Positions 37,539 to 49,500 of a DNA stretch of 64,000 nucleotides are shown here, in pieces. Below the pieces are notes generated by a model. It searched no databases, was not told the DNA's origin, and was given only the letters and a program-made list of their open reading frames with translations. Source of the DNA: Selaginella moellendorffii (taxonomy: Eukaryota; Plantae; Lycopodiophyta); contig NW_003314333.1 in NCBI RefSeq assembly GCF_000143415.4, positions 434,001 through 498,000 on the forward strand, given 5' to 3'. Numbering within the stretch: position 1 is the first letter of the stretch; each line of letters begins with the position of its first letter. A program made the translations under genes and the position numbers.

Positions 37539-37820
37539 TGCCCGAGGTCGAGCATGGGCCGGCCACCTCAGGCAGTTTTGCTTGCCGAGGTTATTCAAAT
37601 AACCTCGGCCCCTCGGCGAGCAAAACTGCCCGAGGTCGAGCTCGGGCCGGCCACCTCGGGCACTTTGGCTGCCCAAGGGGCCGAGGTTATTCAAATAACC
37701 TCGGCCCCTCCGGCCCCTAAAGTGCCCGAGGTCGAGCTCGGGCCAGCCACCTCAGGCACTTCGGTGGCCACCTGTTATTTGAATAACCTCGGCCCCCTAG
37801 GCAACCAAAGTGCCCGAGGT
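37539..37820. repeat. Alternating palindrome array
   Basis: Unit A (TGCCCGAGGTCGAGCTCGGGCCGGCCACCTCGGGCA) at 37539, 37627 and 37723 alternates with unit B (GCCGAGGTTATTCAAATAACCTCGGC) at 37584 and 37680, with a partial B at ~37774. Confidence 0.9.
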
Positions 37821-37904
37821 GGAGTCTAGGCCCACTTGATTTATTTTTTCTCTTTGACTGTTTGAATTTCTCATTATCTTTATTTAGTTTGACTAACAAA
37901 AATT

Positions 37905-39560
37905 TATGCGGGCTATGCGGAACGCAACGGACTCATATTACAAGCAAATTGTAAGCTCCTGAGTTTGGACTTCCCGGGAGGTCACCCAGCCCAGTACTAT
38001 TCAAACCCAAAGACGCTTAACTCCAACTATCCTAAGACCCTTAACCGATTGGAAAAGGGACTGCACTCTTTTTTATGGGCCCTTTCCCTCTATATTTGAA
38101 CCCCATGGACCGTCTCTCAAGTCGTTCTCTTTGGTTGCTTACACAAACGAGGGTGTATGTTCCAGAAGGGGAACTAAGGAAGGTGGCCTTAGAAGAGTGT
38201 CATGACGGACCTCTTGTGGGACACGGCGGAGTGCCCAAGACGATGGGCTTACTCAAGAGGATGTACCATTGGCCAGATATGGTTAAGGACGTCCAAGACT
38301 ATGTAAAGACATGTCCAACATGTCAGCAGGTAAAAGCCGTGACTAAGGCTAGTGGGGGCTTGTTGCAAAGCATCCCAATTCCAGATCGTCCGTGGAAATG
38401 TCTTACGATGGACTTCATCACGGGACTCCCCCCAAGCGAGGGGTTTGATGCGATATTTGTGGTGGTGGACCGATTTTCAAAAATGGCACATTTCATACCC
38501 ACCACAACGGAGGTGGATGCGGAAGGTGTGGCGAAGCTATTCTTCGAACAAGTGGTTTGAGTGCGGGGAAGACCGGAAGAGATCATCTCAGATCAAGATA
38601 AGATCTTTACCAGTAGGTTCTGGAGGACTCTCCTGGAACAGTATCACACCAAGTTGAAATTCAGCACAGCCTATCACCCACAGACAGGTATGGGGTATTA
38701 AGTCAAGTTGTTGGCACTAACACTTCTTGACAAACGGACAAACGGAAAGGGTGAATAGGCAGCTAGAGGATTATTTGCGATGCTATGTCTCGGGAGACCA
38801 GACCGATTGGGTAAGTCATTTGGGACTTGTGGAAATGTGTTATAACAACTCCCCACATTCGAGTATCGGGGTGAGTCCATGGGAAGTCATCAATGGGCGA
38901 GCTATTGAAGGTCCTGTGGAACTCGGCGTGGCCGAGTATCATGGAGAGTTGCCCGCAGTGGAGGCATTCACGGCGAAAAGACTCAGCATTTGGAATCTAG
39001 TGAGGGATTCCTTGGAATGGGCTCAACAAAGGCAAACCAAATACGCAAACCAGAAGCGTCGGGATGTAGAGTTCCAAGCTGGGGAGAAGGTGTGGCTGAA
39101 CACCAAGAACCTCAGACTACCAAGTGGGATCAGCCGAAAGTTGACCCAAAGGTAAAGATGCATGTATTCCTGTAAATGAATTGATCTTGAGTTCCTTAAG
39201 CAGGTTCGCGGGGCCTTACGAGATTGAGGCACGAATCGGTAAAGTGGCTTACCGACTCTGACTTCCTCGAGAGATGGGGAAGATGCACCCAGTGTTCCAC
39301 AGTGAACTTACTCAAGCCGTACTTTGAGGATCCGCTTCGCAAGGACCAAGTGAGACCTTTACCTGAGGTTATCCAAGGGGAAGAGGAATACGAAGTTGAG
39401 GCCATCCTCAATGCGCACAAGAACAAGCGACAAGGACGCGAGGTGAGAGAGTTCCATGTGAAGTGGAAAGGATTTCCACACTGCGAAGCAACATGGGAAC
39501 CGGAGGAGAACCTAGCGAACGCGCGAGATCTAGTGGAGGAATTTCTGCAAGGCAGAACTC
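37905..39560 (+). pseudogene. Chromovirus (Ty3/gypsy family B) integrase + chromodomain, with two intron-like insertions
   Basis: Zinc finger CHDGPLVGHGG…YHWPDM…CPTCQ; core LTMDFITGLP, VVVDRFSKMAHF, IISDQD, STAYHPQT|DGQTER; GPY motif KLTQR|FAGPY; chromodomain EEEYEVEAIL…FHVKWKGFPHCEATWEPEENL. Confidence 0.92.
37950..38143 (-). mobile_element. Solo Cassandra LTR
   Basis: TGTAAG…CTTACA, 194 bp, reverse complement of the LTRs at 45789-46506. Flanked by CAAAT/CAAAC. Inserted in gypsy pol (YKQ|TRVYVP). Confidence 0.88.
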
Positions 39561-39995
39561 TATGTACTTATACTTATACAAAGTTCAATTAAAAATATCA
39601 ATTTGCAAAGTTGAGCAAGTGGCATATGTTGGGATCCGAAGGCGCGCTGAAGGTAAGCTAATTAGCATGGGTTGGATAGGTCGACCAGGCGGAGGGCACT
39701 ACGCCCGACTCCCCGCGGGGATGTCGAATCCGTAGACGTATTCTAGGGAAGTTGGGTTCGAGTCCCAACCCCCTAGTAAAGCAAGGCTGGGTTCAAGTCC
39801 CAACCCCATACTAGGGCGTGGTGAGGTGAGGGGTATAGGGACACCTATATTCCATTGTCATGGGCTCTTGGCCAGGGAGGCTAACTTAGGCACACTGCTA
39901 AGTGGGGGGATGCCCCCGGAGACATGGTCAACAAGTCGTAGGATAAAACGAGACGTTCGATGTGGGCATCGAACTTCTTCTATGGGTGGTGGAGT

Positions 39996-41117
39996 TGTAA
40001 GGAACCAACTCGCCGAGGTGTCGTAGGCTAAAGGAACCAAGCATGACCAAAATGACAAAGAGTTCATCGGATGGGACCAAGTCGAAGATTGAGTCCAAGA
40101 CCGACTCTAGGACCGAGTTCGAGATAGAGTCCAGAATCGAGTCCGAGTTCGAGACCAAGTTTGAGACGGAGTCCGAGATCCGAAATCGGGTCTGAGACCG
40201 AGTCCGAGGTTGAGTCCGAGGTCGGGTCCGAGATCGGGTCCGAGATCGAGTCCGAGATCGAGTCCGAGACCGAATCCGAAGTCGGATCCGAAATCGGGTC
40301 CAAGATCAAGCCAAAGACTAAGTCCAAATACTAATACGGGTCAAGGGGTGAAAGCCCAAAGCATGCGTCTCCCGGGGGGGGGTTGCAGGGGGTTCCAAAA
40401 GTATAGTAGGGATAGTGAGGTCCAGGAACCAGTCTTGAAGGAACTCTCCAGTGGTGCTTCCAAACTGACTTGAGGTTGAGACTGGGGCCGAAGGGCCTTG
40501 GGTGGGAGTGAGCATGGGCTTGAGTGGTGCTGGAGGGGCCACCCAGGGAAGTGCTCAAGAGCAGCTCCCACTCCCGAAAGGGAAACCGACTGTGGTGCTC
40601 CGGGCTCATGTGGAGTGGTGCCCCACTTGAGTACCTTGTGGCTCATTGGTCCTCTCCCTTCCTAGGGGCTTGGGCCTTCCCTTCGGGATGGAAGTGGGGG
40701 GGTAGAGGTACCCATACCGGGCCATTAGGCTACGGTGTTTTGCCCCGACGTCCCGAAGCAAGTGTTGCACCCAAGACTTGGGAGTTAGAGGGTCCCATGA
40801 TCAAGTCTTGTGGTACCAAGGGGTGTTAGGAATCTGGAGGCTTGGTGTGCTTGGCTGCTTGTGCCTGCGGGGAGTGTAGCAGAACCTTAAGTCCAGTCTA
40901 ACCCGGGGAGGGGGATTGGGAGAGATTTGGGAATCTATAGATGGATGGCTAACCCTCCATTGCTCGTGCAGTGAGTAGCTGAAACCAAGTAGGACCAAGT
41001 AGGAGCTGGTACCATAGGCGGGAGCCTTGGCGAGGGAACTTAGCACAAGCCAAGGCAGAGTTGGTCAGATAGACAAGGTAAACTAGCAAATTGGAAAGGA
41101 AAAATTTGTGGCTTACA
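39996..41117 (+). mobile_element. 3' LTR of family B chromovirus
   Basis: Preceded by PPT ATGGGTGGTGGAGT (39982-39995). TGTAAG…CTTACA termini. Homologous to 724-1886 in the opposite orientation. Confidence 0.92.
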
Positions 41118-41870
41118 ACAACCTAGTGGTAAAACTCACTACCATTTTTTTGCTCTTAACCCTAGCTATAAAGTTTAATCTAGAGCTTCATCAACTTGAT
41201 GTGAGATCTATGTCTCTCAATGGTGACCTCCACAAAGAGGTCTACATCGCTCAACCTACCGACTTTGTGTGTGCTGGCCAAGTGATATAGCATTAAACAA
41301 TTGCCTCATATGTGGTACAACAAAATTGATTCTTATCTAATTTTTCTTGGCTTTATGTGCAGCACAATAGACACAAATCTCTACATATACAAGCAAGACC
41401 ATGGATTTTTCTTCTTATGTCTCTATGTAGATGATACCATACTCACCTCCAATGAGTTTTATCTTCTCAATTAGATCTCTCTTTTCATGGTTTGAGATGA
41501 TTGATCTTGGCAAGCTATACTATTGCTTGGGCATCTGAGTTCACAAAGATAGGAAAAATGGGATTCTAGAACTCTCTCAGGCCAAATACATCACAAAATA
41601 TCCTCAAGAGGTACCCCCTTGCCTCACACTAACTCTATTACTACACCTATGGAAGTTGGCATCAAGCTTTCCAAAGCAACTCTAGATGATCCAGCTCTTG
41701 AGGAAGAGAATTAAAGACCCTATGGACCCATTATTGGGAATTTAATCTACCTAGCGGTTTTAAGCTGACCTGATCAGGTTGTGTGGCAAAGTATCCAAGA
41801 TTAGCTTATTGGGCAGCAACTAAATGGATCATGTGATATGTTTCTAGAACTTGAGACTTATCTGTATAAT
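41118..41870 (+). pseudogene. Ty1/copia reverse transcriptase fragment, degenerate
   Basis: VVKLTTIFLLLTLAIKFNLELHQLDVRSMSLNGDLHKEVYIAQP and LYVDD (~41422-41436). Confidence 0.85.
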
Positions 41871-41891
41871 ATTTGAAAGGCAAGAACTCAA

Positions 41892-43860
41892 TGTTAGTTA
41901 TAAATTTTCTTTGCCAATTTACGTTGTTTATCTGACCACTTTTGCCTTGGCTTTCATTAATTTCCCTTGCCAAGGTTTTTTCTTATCATACCAACTCTAG
42001 CTTGGTCTTACTTAGATTCAATTAATTATTACATAAGTAATAAAGTGTTAGTCAACTTTTCACAAGTTCCTAAACTCTCTCCTAATCCCCCTCCCCGGAT
42101 TAGATTGGATTTAAAATTCACTTACACTCCCCACAAGCACAAACAACCAAGCATATAAAGCCTTTAGGTTTTCAACATCCCATGTACAAAAGACTTAAAC
42201 ATAGAATCTTTTAAATCCCAAGCCTTGGGTGTATCTCTTAGTCCAAGACATTAGAGGAAAATACAATAGCTTAATAGCCGGTATAGGTACTTCAATTCCC
42301 CACCTTTACATATAAGCTCTTGAATTTAAACTTCCCAACCCAGTACTATTCAAACTTAAGGACACTTAACCCTAAATACCCCAAGACCCTTAACCAATTG
42401 AAAGAGGGGGTGCACTTTTGTTCATGAGCCCTTTCCCTCTATATTTGAACTCTATAGATCGTCTCTCAAATTGTTTTCTTTTGTTGCTTATAATCCACCA
42501 TGCTTTCCTACAAGTTCACGCCCTCGTGAACAGAAGCTGAGAGCCACAGCTCTCTCGAGAGCCCCGCTCTCTTGACACCCTACCTCTCGTCCACCATGCT
42601 TTCCTACAAGTTCACACTCTCGTGAACGGAAGCTAAGAGCCACAGCTCTCTCGAGAGCCTCATTATCGAGGGCATGAACAGAAGCTGAGAGCCACAGCTC
42701 TCTCGAGAGCCCTGCTCTCTTGACACCCTACCCCTCGTCCACCACGCTTTCCTACAAGTTCACACCCTCGTGAACAGAAGCTAAGAGCCACAGCTCTCCC
42801 AAGAGCCCCGTTCTCTTGACACCCTACCCCTCAGGTCGAGCCTAGTGGGAGCAAATTGGACCAGCCAGATGTTAATCAACATGTAGTGTAATTCCCCTAG
42901 CCAACCAACAGAGTCAGACCTGAGACCCCTTTGATACGAAATGTAAACTCTTGAATTTGGACTTCTCGAGAGGTCACCTAGCCTAGTACTGTTTAAACTC
43001 AAGGACACTTAACCCCAAATATCCTAAGAGCTTTAACCGATTGGAAAAGGAGGTGCACTTTTGTTCATAGGCCGTTTCCCTTTATATTTAAACCTCATAG
43101 ATTGTCTTTTTAAGTCATTCTTTTTTATTGCTTATAGGGAAGTCCTAAGCCCTTAGAAAAGGGCAAGGACTAATGAGCCTCATAGCACTCAAGTATGGTA
43201 TAAGTTCACTTGAGTTGAGAGTACTGTAATTGGTTTTCCTTTCAAAGTGGGAGTTACTCTTGAGTACTTCCTTGAGGAGCCTTTCTGGCAATCCTCAAGT
43301 ATGTAAGAATTCCTTTAAAATTGAATCCTTAGCCTCACTATCCCTACTATCTTTTAGAATTCCCCATCTGACCAAATCTTGGCTTTTGAACTTGATCTTG
43401 GACTTAGTCTGGGACTCAATTTCATTTGATGAAATCTTTATCATTTCAATTATGGTTTTAGGGATCCTTCAGTTTACAACATCTCAGAGAGTTGATTCCT
43501 TACAACTCTACCACCCATAGAAAAATTTCAATACCCACATTGAACATATGTATTCAATTCTATAACTTGTTGACCATGGCATTAAGGGCATCCCCCCCAT
43601 TTAGTGGTGTGCCTAAGTCAGCCTCCCCAACTAAGAGCTCATTATAATGAGATATAGATATCTTTATACCCCTCTCCTCACCTTGCCCTAGACTTGAACC
43701 TAACCCTATTTTATTAGAGAGTTAAAACTTGAACCCAACCTTTATAAAATATATCTATAGATTAACATCCTCTTGAGGAGTTGGGTGTAGCTCTCTATGT
43801 CTGATTGACTTAATTAAACCCATGCTAATTAACTTACCTTTAGCACACCTTTGGAACTCA
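41892..43860 (-). mobile_element. Old degenerate family B 3' LTR (41892-43504) plus adjacent 3' internal region
   Basis: AT-shifted similarity to 724-1886. Ends GATTCCTTACA and is followed by PPT reverse complement ACTCTACCACCCAT. 43505-43860 resembles the reverse complement of 39620-39995. Confidence 0.75.
42311..43136 (-). mobile_element. Cassandra TRIM (older copy) nested in a family B LTR
   Basis: Two ~190-bp LTRs (~42311-42492 and ~42942-43136), degenerate PBS at ~42930, and an internal ~80-bp unit repeated about four times. Confidence 0.8.
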
Positions 43861-44009
43861 ATATAGATCCATCTCCACTCCCACCCAAGGCCACTAACCT
43901 ACAATCCCAACCTCAAATCAATTTTGAAGCACCATTAAAGAGTTCCTTTGAGATTGATTCCTAGACTTCACTATCCCTACTATACTTTACTTTTGGAACC
44001 CCCACCCTA

Positions 44010-45481
44010 TGACTACACCTTAACATCTTTAGGATGCTTGAAGACATAGGGAACACCCTTCCTCAATGCACCTTCTTTAGTTTCTACTAAGTCCCTATCC
44101 ACAGCTATGCTTATTAACATTGCTACTGTGTCAAGGCTCAAAGGCCCAACTGTTAAGTCCCACTGACCTCTAGGACTTCCTCACCATGTGACTGTATCTT
44201 TAGTCACTACACAAGAGGACTACTCCTCTTGCTTTCCTCAGTTCAGGACTTTGGGATGACATTTCAAAACATTATGGTCCTATATGAGCCTTATGGGTAC
44301 TCTCCCCACCTTCTGCCTTTGGGTGCTCTAGCCATTTGGCTAGAGCAAGGTTTTGATGAGCCATGCTAATTATCCAAATAGGTAGTGCCACCTACACTTG
44401 GATTAGGAGAGTTGACCATTCGATCTCTCAAGGGAGCTAGAGCCGGCTATTAAACACTTCACTAAATTACCTCACTTATCTATTCATATTCTCTAGCCTT
44501 GGACTCCTCAGTGGTTATATCATCACCCACCACATAGGTATAGCCTTTTTTTCTTACATTGGCCTTTCTTGGCTAAATTGGCTCTACTAGAGTCTTTCCC
44601 CTACTATACTTTTGGAGCTCACCAAACCCCTTAGGGTCTAATGCTTTATTTCGTTAAAGTGGGACTTATTCAGTAAAGTGGGACATTAATTAGCATGTGT
44701 CCACATGCCATTTCCTAGTACTTAATTAATATTTATTAATATTTCTATCAGTTTTTTAATTTATTTTTTTATATTTCACAATATTATAACACAAAATCAT
44801 ATGAAAAGTTTTTAATTTATAAATTATAAAGTTAAAACTTCAATTTTTTATTGTTGTTATAAAAATGGCATGTGGCCACACACCATAAGTGGGATAATGA
44901 AAAGTCCCACTTTAACGAAATAAAGCATTCTAGAAGACGATCATTTTGGGCTTTCACCTTTGGACTTGGATTTAGACTCAGACTTGGACTCAGACTTAGT
45001 CTCGGTCTCGATCTCGGACTCGGTCTCAGACTTGGTCTCAATCTCGGTCTTAGTCTCTTTCTTGGCCTCAACCATAGACTCCATCTTGGGTCCATCTCAA
45101 ACTTCATCTCGGGTCCATCTCGAACTCCATCCCTAGTCCCTCTCAAACTCCATCTCAGGTCCATCTTGGGTCCATATCAAACTCCATCTCGGACTTCATA
45201 TCAGATTCGTTCTCAAACTCCATCTCGGACTCCATCTTGGACTCATTTCTGACATGTCAAGACACTATTAATCCTTCTTGTGTCCCTTTTTAGAAACTCA
45301 TTCACCGATTGTTTCATGCTCATTGCTTGAGCATTTTGTTCGAAGTTCCACTCCCACTCTCGACTTTCCAAGTCAAAGCCTTTAGTCCAAATATGTTATA
45401 CTTATTAGACTTCCACTTTGACCACTACCATGTGGCCCTTTTTCTACTCCACTTTGGGGCTTAGGGATTTATATCTTATAA
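44010..45481 (-). mobile_element. Degenerate partial family A LTR, interrupted by a MITE
   Basis: Collinear similarity to ~14705-16076 with many C>T and G>A changes. Confidence 0.8.
44641..44928. mobile_element. 288-bp MITE, non-autonomous partner of the Sola-like element
   Basis: TIRs ATGCTTTATTTCGTTAAAGTGGGAC…GTCCCACTTTAACGAAATAAAGCAT. 4-bp TSD TCTA at 44637-44640 and 44929-44932. Removing it restores the host LTR sequence. Internal motif ATGGCATGTGGCCACACACCAT. Confidence 0.93.
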
Positions 45482-45788
45482 ATTCCTTATGTAGTAGTGG
45501 AAGCAAAGGCTTTTATTGGTTAGTTGGGCCTTATATACAGGCATCCAAGTCCATTCCATGGTGCGGTTTGTTTCCCCACTTGTTTCTCTTGACTTTTAGC
45601 AGCTTAGTTTGTTGCATTTCTTGGTGCATTGTCGTTGAGAGGTTCAATTTTTGCACAATTTAGCTAGTGGTTTTAGAGATCTCTTCATCACAAATTGTGG
45701 CTAATATTCTTCTTGACTAAGCATTGGTAAGGCACTCATCATTTTCCTCCATTATCACACTTTTTCGCACTTTCCACTATTGGGCAAT

Positions 45789-46506
45789 TGTAAGCAACCA
45801 AAGGGAACGACTCGAGAGATGATCCATAGGGGTTCAAATATAGAGGGAAAGGGCCCATGAATAAGAGTGCACCCCCTTTTCTAATTGGTTAAGGGTCTTG
45901 GGATATTTGGGGTTAAGCGTCCTTGGGTTTGAATAGTACTAGGCTGGGTGACCTCTCATGAAGTCCAAACTCAGAAGCTTACATTTGGTATCAGAGGAGT
46001 CTTGGGTCCGACTCTGTTGGTTGGCTAAGGGAATCGCACCACATGTTGATTGACACCTGGCTGGTCCAGTTTGCTCCCGCTGGGCTCGACCCGAGGGGTA
46101 GGGTGTCAAGAGAGCAGGGCTCTCGGGAGAGCTGTGGCTCTCAGCTTCCGTTCACGAGGGCGTGAACTTGCAGGGAAGTGTGGTGGACACCTGGCTGGTC
46201 CAGTTTGCTCCCGCTGGGCTCGACCCGAGGGGTAGGGTGTCAAGAGAGCGGGGCTCTCGGGAGAGCTGTGGCTCTCAGCTTCCGTTCACGAGGGCGTGAA
46301 CTTGCAGGGAAGTGTGGTGGATTGTAAGCAACCAAAGAGAACGACTCGAGAGATGATCCATAGGGGTTCAAATATAAAGGGAAAGGGCCCATGAATCCCT
46401 TTTCCAATTGGTTAAGGGTCTTAAGATATTTGGGGTTAAGCGTCCTTGGGTTTGAATAGTACTGGGTTGGGTGACCTCCCGGGAAGTCCAAACTTAGGAG
46501 CTTACA
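45789..46506 (+). mobile_element. Complete Cassandra TRIM retrotransposon
   Basis: LTRs 45789-45983 and 46323-46506 each contain 5S rRNA-like GTTAAGCGTCCTTGGG…TAGTACTAGGCTGGGTGACCTC…GAAGTCC. PBS TGGTATCAGAG at 45986. TSD GCAAT at 45784-45788 and 46507-46511. Internal 134-bp tandem duplication starting at 46052 and 46186. Confidence 0.93.
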
Positions 46507-49500
46507 GCAATACACTTCTATTCCATAGCAAAACTTTAGAGAAACTTGGGGTATTTTTTGGAGCTTTGAGAACTTTGAAGGTTGTGATCTACATTTGAGT
46601 CTTAACTTGAGCTTTAGTTTTTTATCTTTTTCTTCCTTCTTCTCTTTTCTTTAAGTTTTCTCACTTTTTTTTAGCTTTTCCTTTCACTTTCTTCTTCTTT
46701 TTCATGTTGGACCAAGGGTCTAGTTTGACTATAAAGTTTCCCATTGGGTTTTCCCTCTATCTTTAAATTTCACACCTGCTAGTTCACTCTCTTTCTATAG
46801 TTACCTCTATTGAGCATTTGCTTTCTCTTGCCAATTTTATAGCTATAGCTCATGGGTTCTCTTCTTGATCCACCTATGGTTGCCTGATCTTAGAGCATAA
46901 ATATTCTCTAAATATTCCCTTTAGGGAATATTTTAAGTGTGAGAGAGGATATTCTATGTGGAGGGCATATATCTTTCTTCTTTGTGAATGATGAGGGCAT
47001 GATGTATTGAGTTTTTTGACTATAGAAGAGTTGTCTGTGTTTTGAGCGTGTTTGAGAGCAAAATGATATGTAAAACATGCACCACTAGAAGTACTCTTCT
47101 TGTGTTATAGTTCCTTCAGACTTGGTGCACTCACTCACACTCCATCTCATTTCCTTGAACCTACCTTGGAGTTGGATCAATCATCATCCTTGCATTGATC
47201 AATTGGAAGAATGTCTTTATAGTTTGCACATCGCTATCGCAAGTGAGATTGTGAGATCCCTAGTCTGTTTGCCACCAACCTTGGATCTCTAGAGAGAAGG
47301 CCAATTTTTAAAATTTAAACCCCAAGTTGAAGTGTGGATTATGCAAATGCCTTGGGGAGAACACCATGGATTGCAAACTTCAAACCACCCCACTTCCATT
47401 GGCCTCTTGTTAAATCTCATTATTTAAGCTCATGTGGCAAAAGAGATAAGAAAACATGACATGGCAAGGAAAGACAGCATGATTGAAGTCTCACATATGT
47501 TAGCTGTGCTCACTAGCCTAGAGTATTAGCCACTTTCAAGAAGCAAAATTTTCTAAGTGTAAAATGCTCACTTGGCTTTTGCCCTTGGGGCTCATACAGC
47601 CCCTAGGCTGGCTCTAGCAAACTTGAGTAAATACTCATTTAAAAAGGCTAAAAGTTGTAACAAGCAATTGTGGATATAAGAATTTTAGAGAAAAATACCT
47701 ATAATCATAGTCAAAGATATTGATTAGACTATTGAAATCATATTATCACATTCAGGATGTAGCTACATAGAATTTTAGTACTGAAATTGAAATTAACAAG
47801 AAGTGAGGTAAATCAATTTTTTGGACATCAAATAATAAGAAACAAAACAAAATATCATGATGTATAATTTGCAATGCCTTGGGGCCACTGCATATCCCAC
47901 CTAAGCCTGTGTAACTAGATTTTATAGATAGTTCAAATGTTAACTAAATGCCTTTGTAGATATTAGGTTAAAACATGAACATACTTAAATATCCATTCAT
48001 ATAGTATGGGTATCATATGATTAGTATGTCAGCATATTTATTTTCATGCTTTGATTTGAATTTTGGGGACATTATGTTTTTTACTTAATCACATTACAAG
48101 TGCATTAGGGTTGGGTTTTGCAAGAATTAACTTGGCAAATTAAGGAGGTTGTGATGTGGAATGGCTATGATGATGACAAGCTAAATTTTCCATACCATGA
48201 TTGCATATAAGCTAGTTTTCCTTCTTGAATCTCTTGTCTTTATACTTTCAACCTTAGGGCTGTTAAGTTTTATATAAATTGTGAAGAATTATAGTATATA
48301 TCCTTTACCCTATAGTGATTTATTATAAGATAATCATGGAATGGAATTAGCCACGTGTTTAAGGGCAATAGAGTAAACCCAAATTTTAAGGCCTTGAACC
48401 ATTGAACATAGCTAAACAACTAAGTATTCAACCAAGGAATGAAGGAACTAGAGTATGAAACAACTTCTGAGTGTTCAGCCCAAAGAGTGGAGGGATAAGA
48501 GCATAAAATAGTCTTAGAGCATTAAACATCCCAATATCAAAACTAACATGCAAAATAAAGTCAAATAAATTTTAGCACAATTTCAGCATATTGATGGCTT
48601 AACATAAGGATATAGGTACTTCATCAATTAGCATGGTATGGAATTTAAGCTTAGACCTAAGTTAGACACAAAACAAAGATAGACACATAAAAAAAATGCC
48701 TCAAATTGGTTAGCCATATTCACTATCTCTATTATATATTTAGAACCTCCCACAGAAATAAGAAACACTTAAATTTTTATTTAGTTGTTGATAGATCTTA
48801 ATATTGATGTATTTTTTTTATAATTTAGGAAAAAAATGGTGGATAGAGGATCAGGTGGATGCATCTGATATAACAACATCACTACAGCAATATATCATAA
48901 ATATTACATTACCTTTTTTATAAATAGAAAGATCTACTGAAAGCTAAAGTGTTATATAACACTTTATTTACAAAAAAGGCCACTTTATTATGCTTGTACC
49001 ACCAAATGTTTGTAATATCCTGAATTTGCCATATGGCCTATGTGGAAATGTAAGAATGCAAAAGTGGCTTAGGTAGAGGCTAGACAAATCCAAGGCTACT
49101 AAATTCACCTGTTAGCTAGAAAGATCAAGATACTCATTCTAGCTCTAAAATTCTCCCCTACCCTTTTAATCCTGATACTATAAATAAAAAGATTTACAAC
49201 ATCATAATAAACTAATTCCCATACACATACTTCTTACAACATCATACTTTTGGTGAGTTTCAAGAGAACACTCAAAAAATTTAACAAAAACACTTTAAAA
49301 TTCAAAGCTACTTTATTGCCACTATCTAATGATAGAGATGCTTACACATACGCTCAGGGCCATGCCATTGGTAGGCTATGTGATTTTTCACTTATTCTAC
49401 CAATGTTGTTAAACATTATTAAACACTTTAAATGCTTCAACAAAGACCCGTCTGCAGTGGCCCGAGTGAGGTAGCTCACTGATGGGATCGCTACTGCTCT

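Larger units (their letters stand above)
31779..37900 (-). mobile_element. Second Mutator-like element related to 8111-24767 (right boundary uncertain)
   Basis: Begins GGGGTACGGACCATACTTGAGCTCA with repeated TTGAGCTCA, similar to the TIR of the first MULE, and interrupts the protease ORF. Contains a homologous transposase gene. No second TIR or TSD was found. Confidence 0.55.

Noticed and set aside
45905-45970. 5S rRNA gene
   Set aside because: Only a partial 5S-like core inside Cassandra LTRs; not a full ~120-nt gene.
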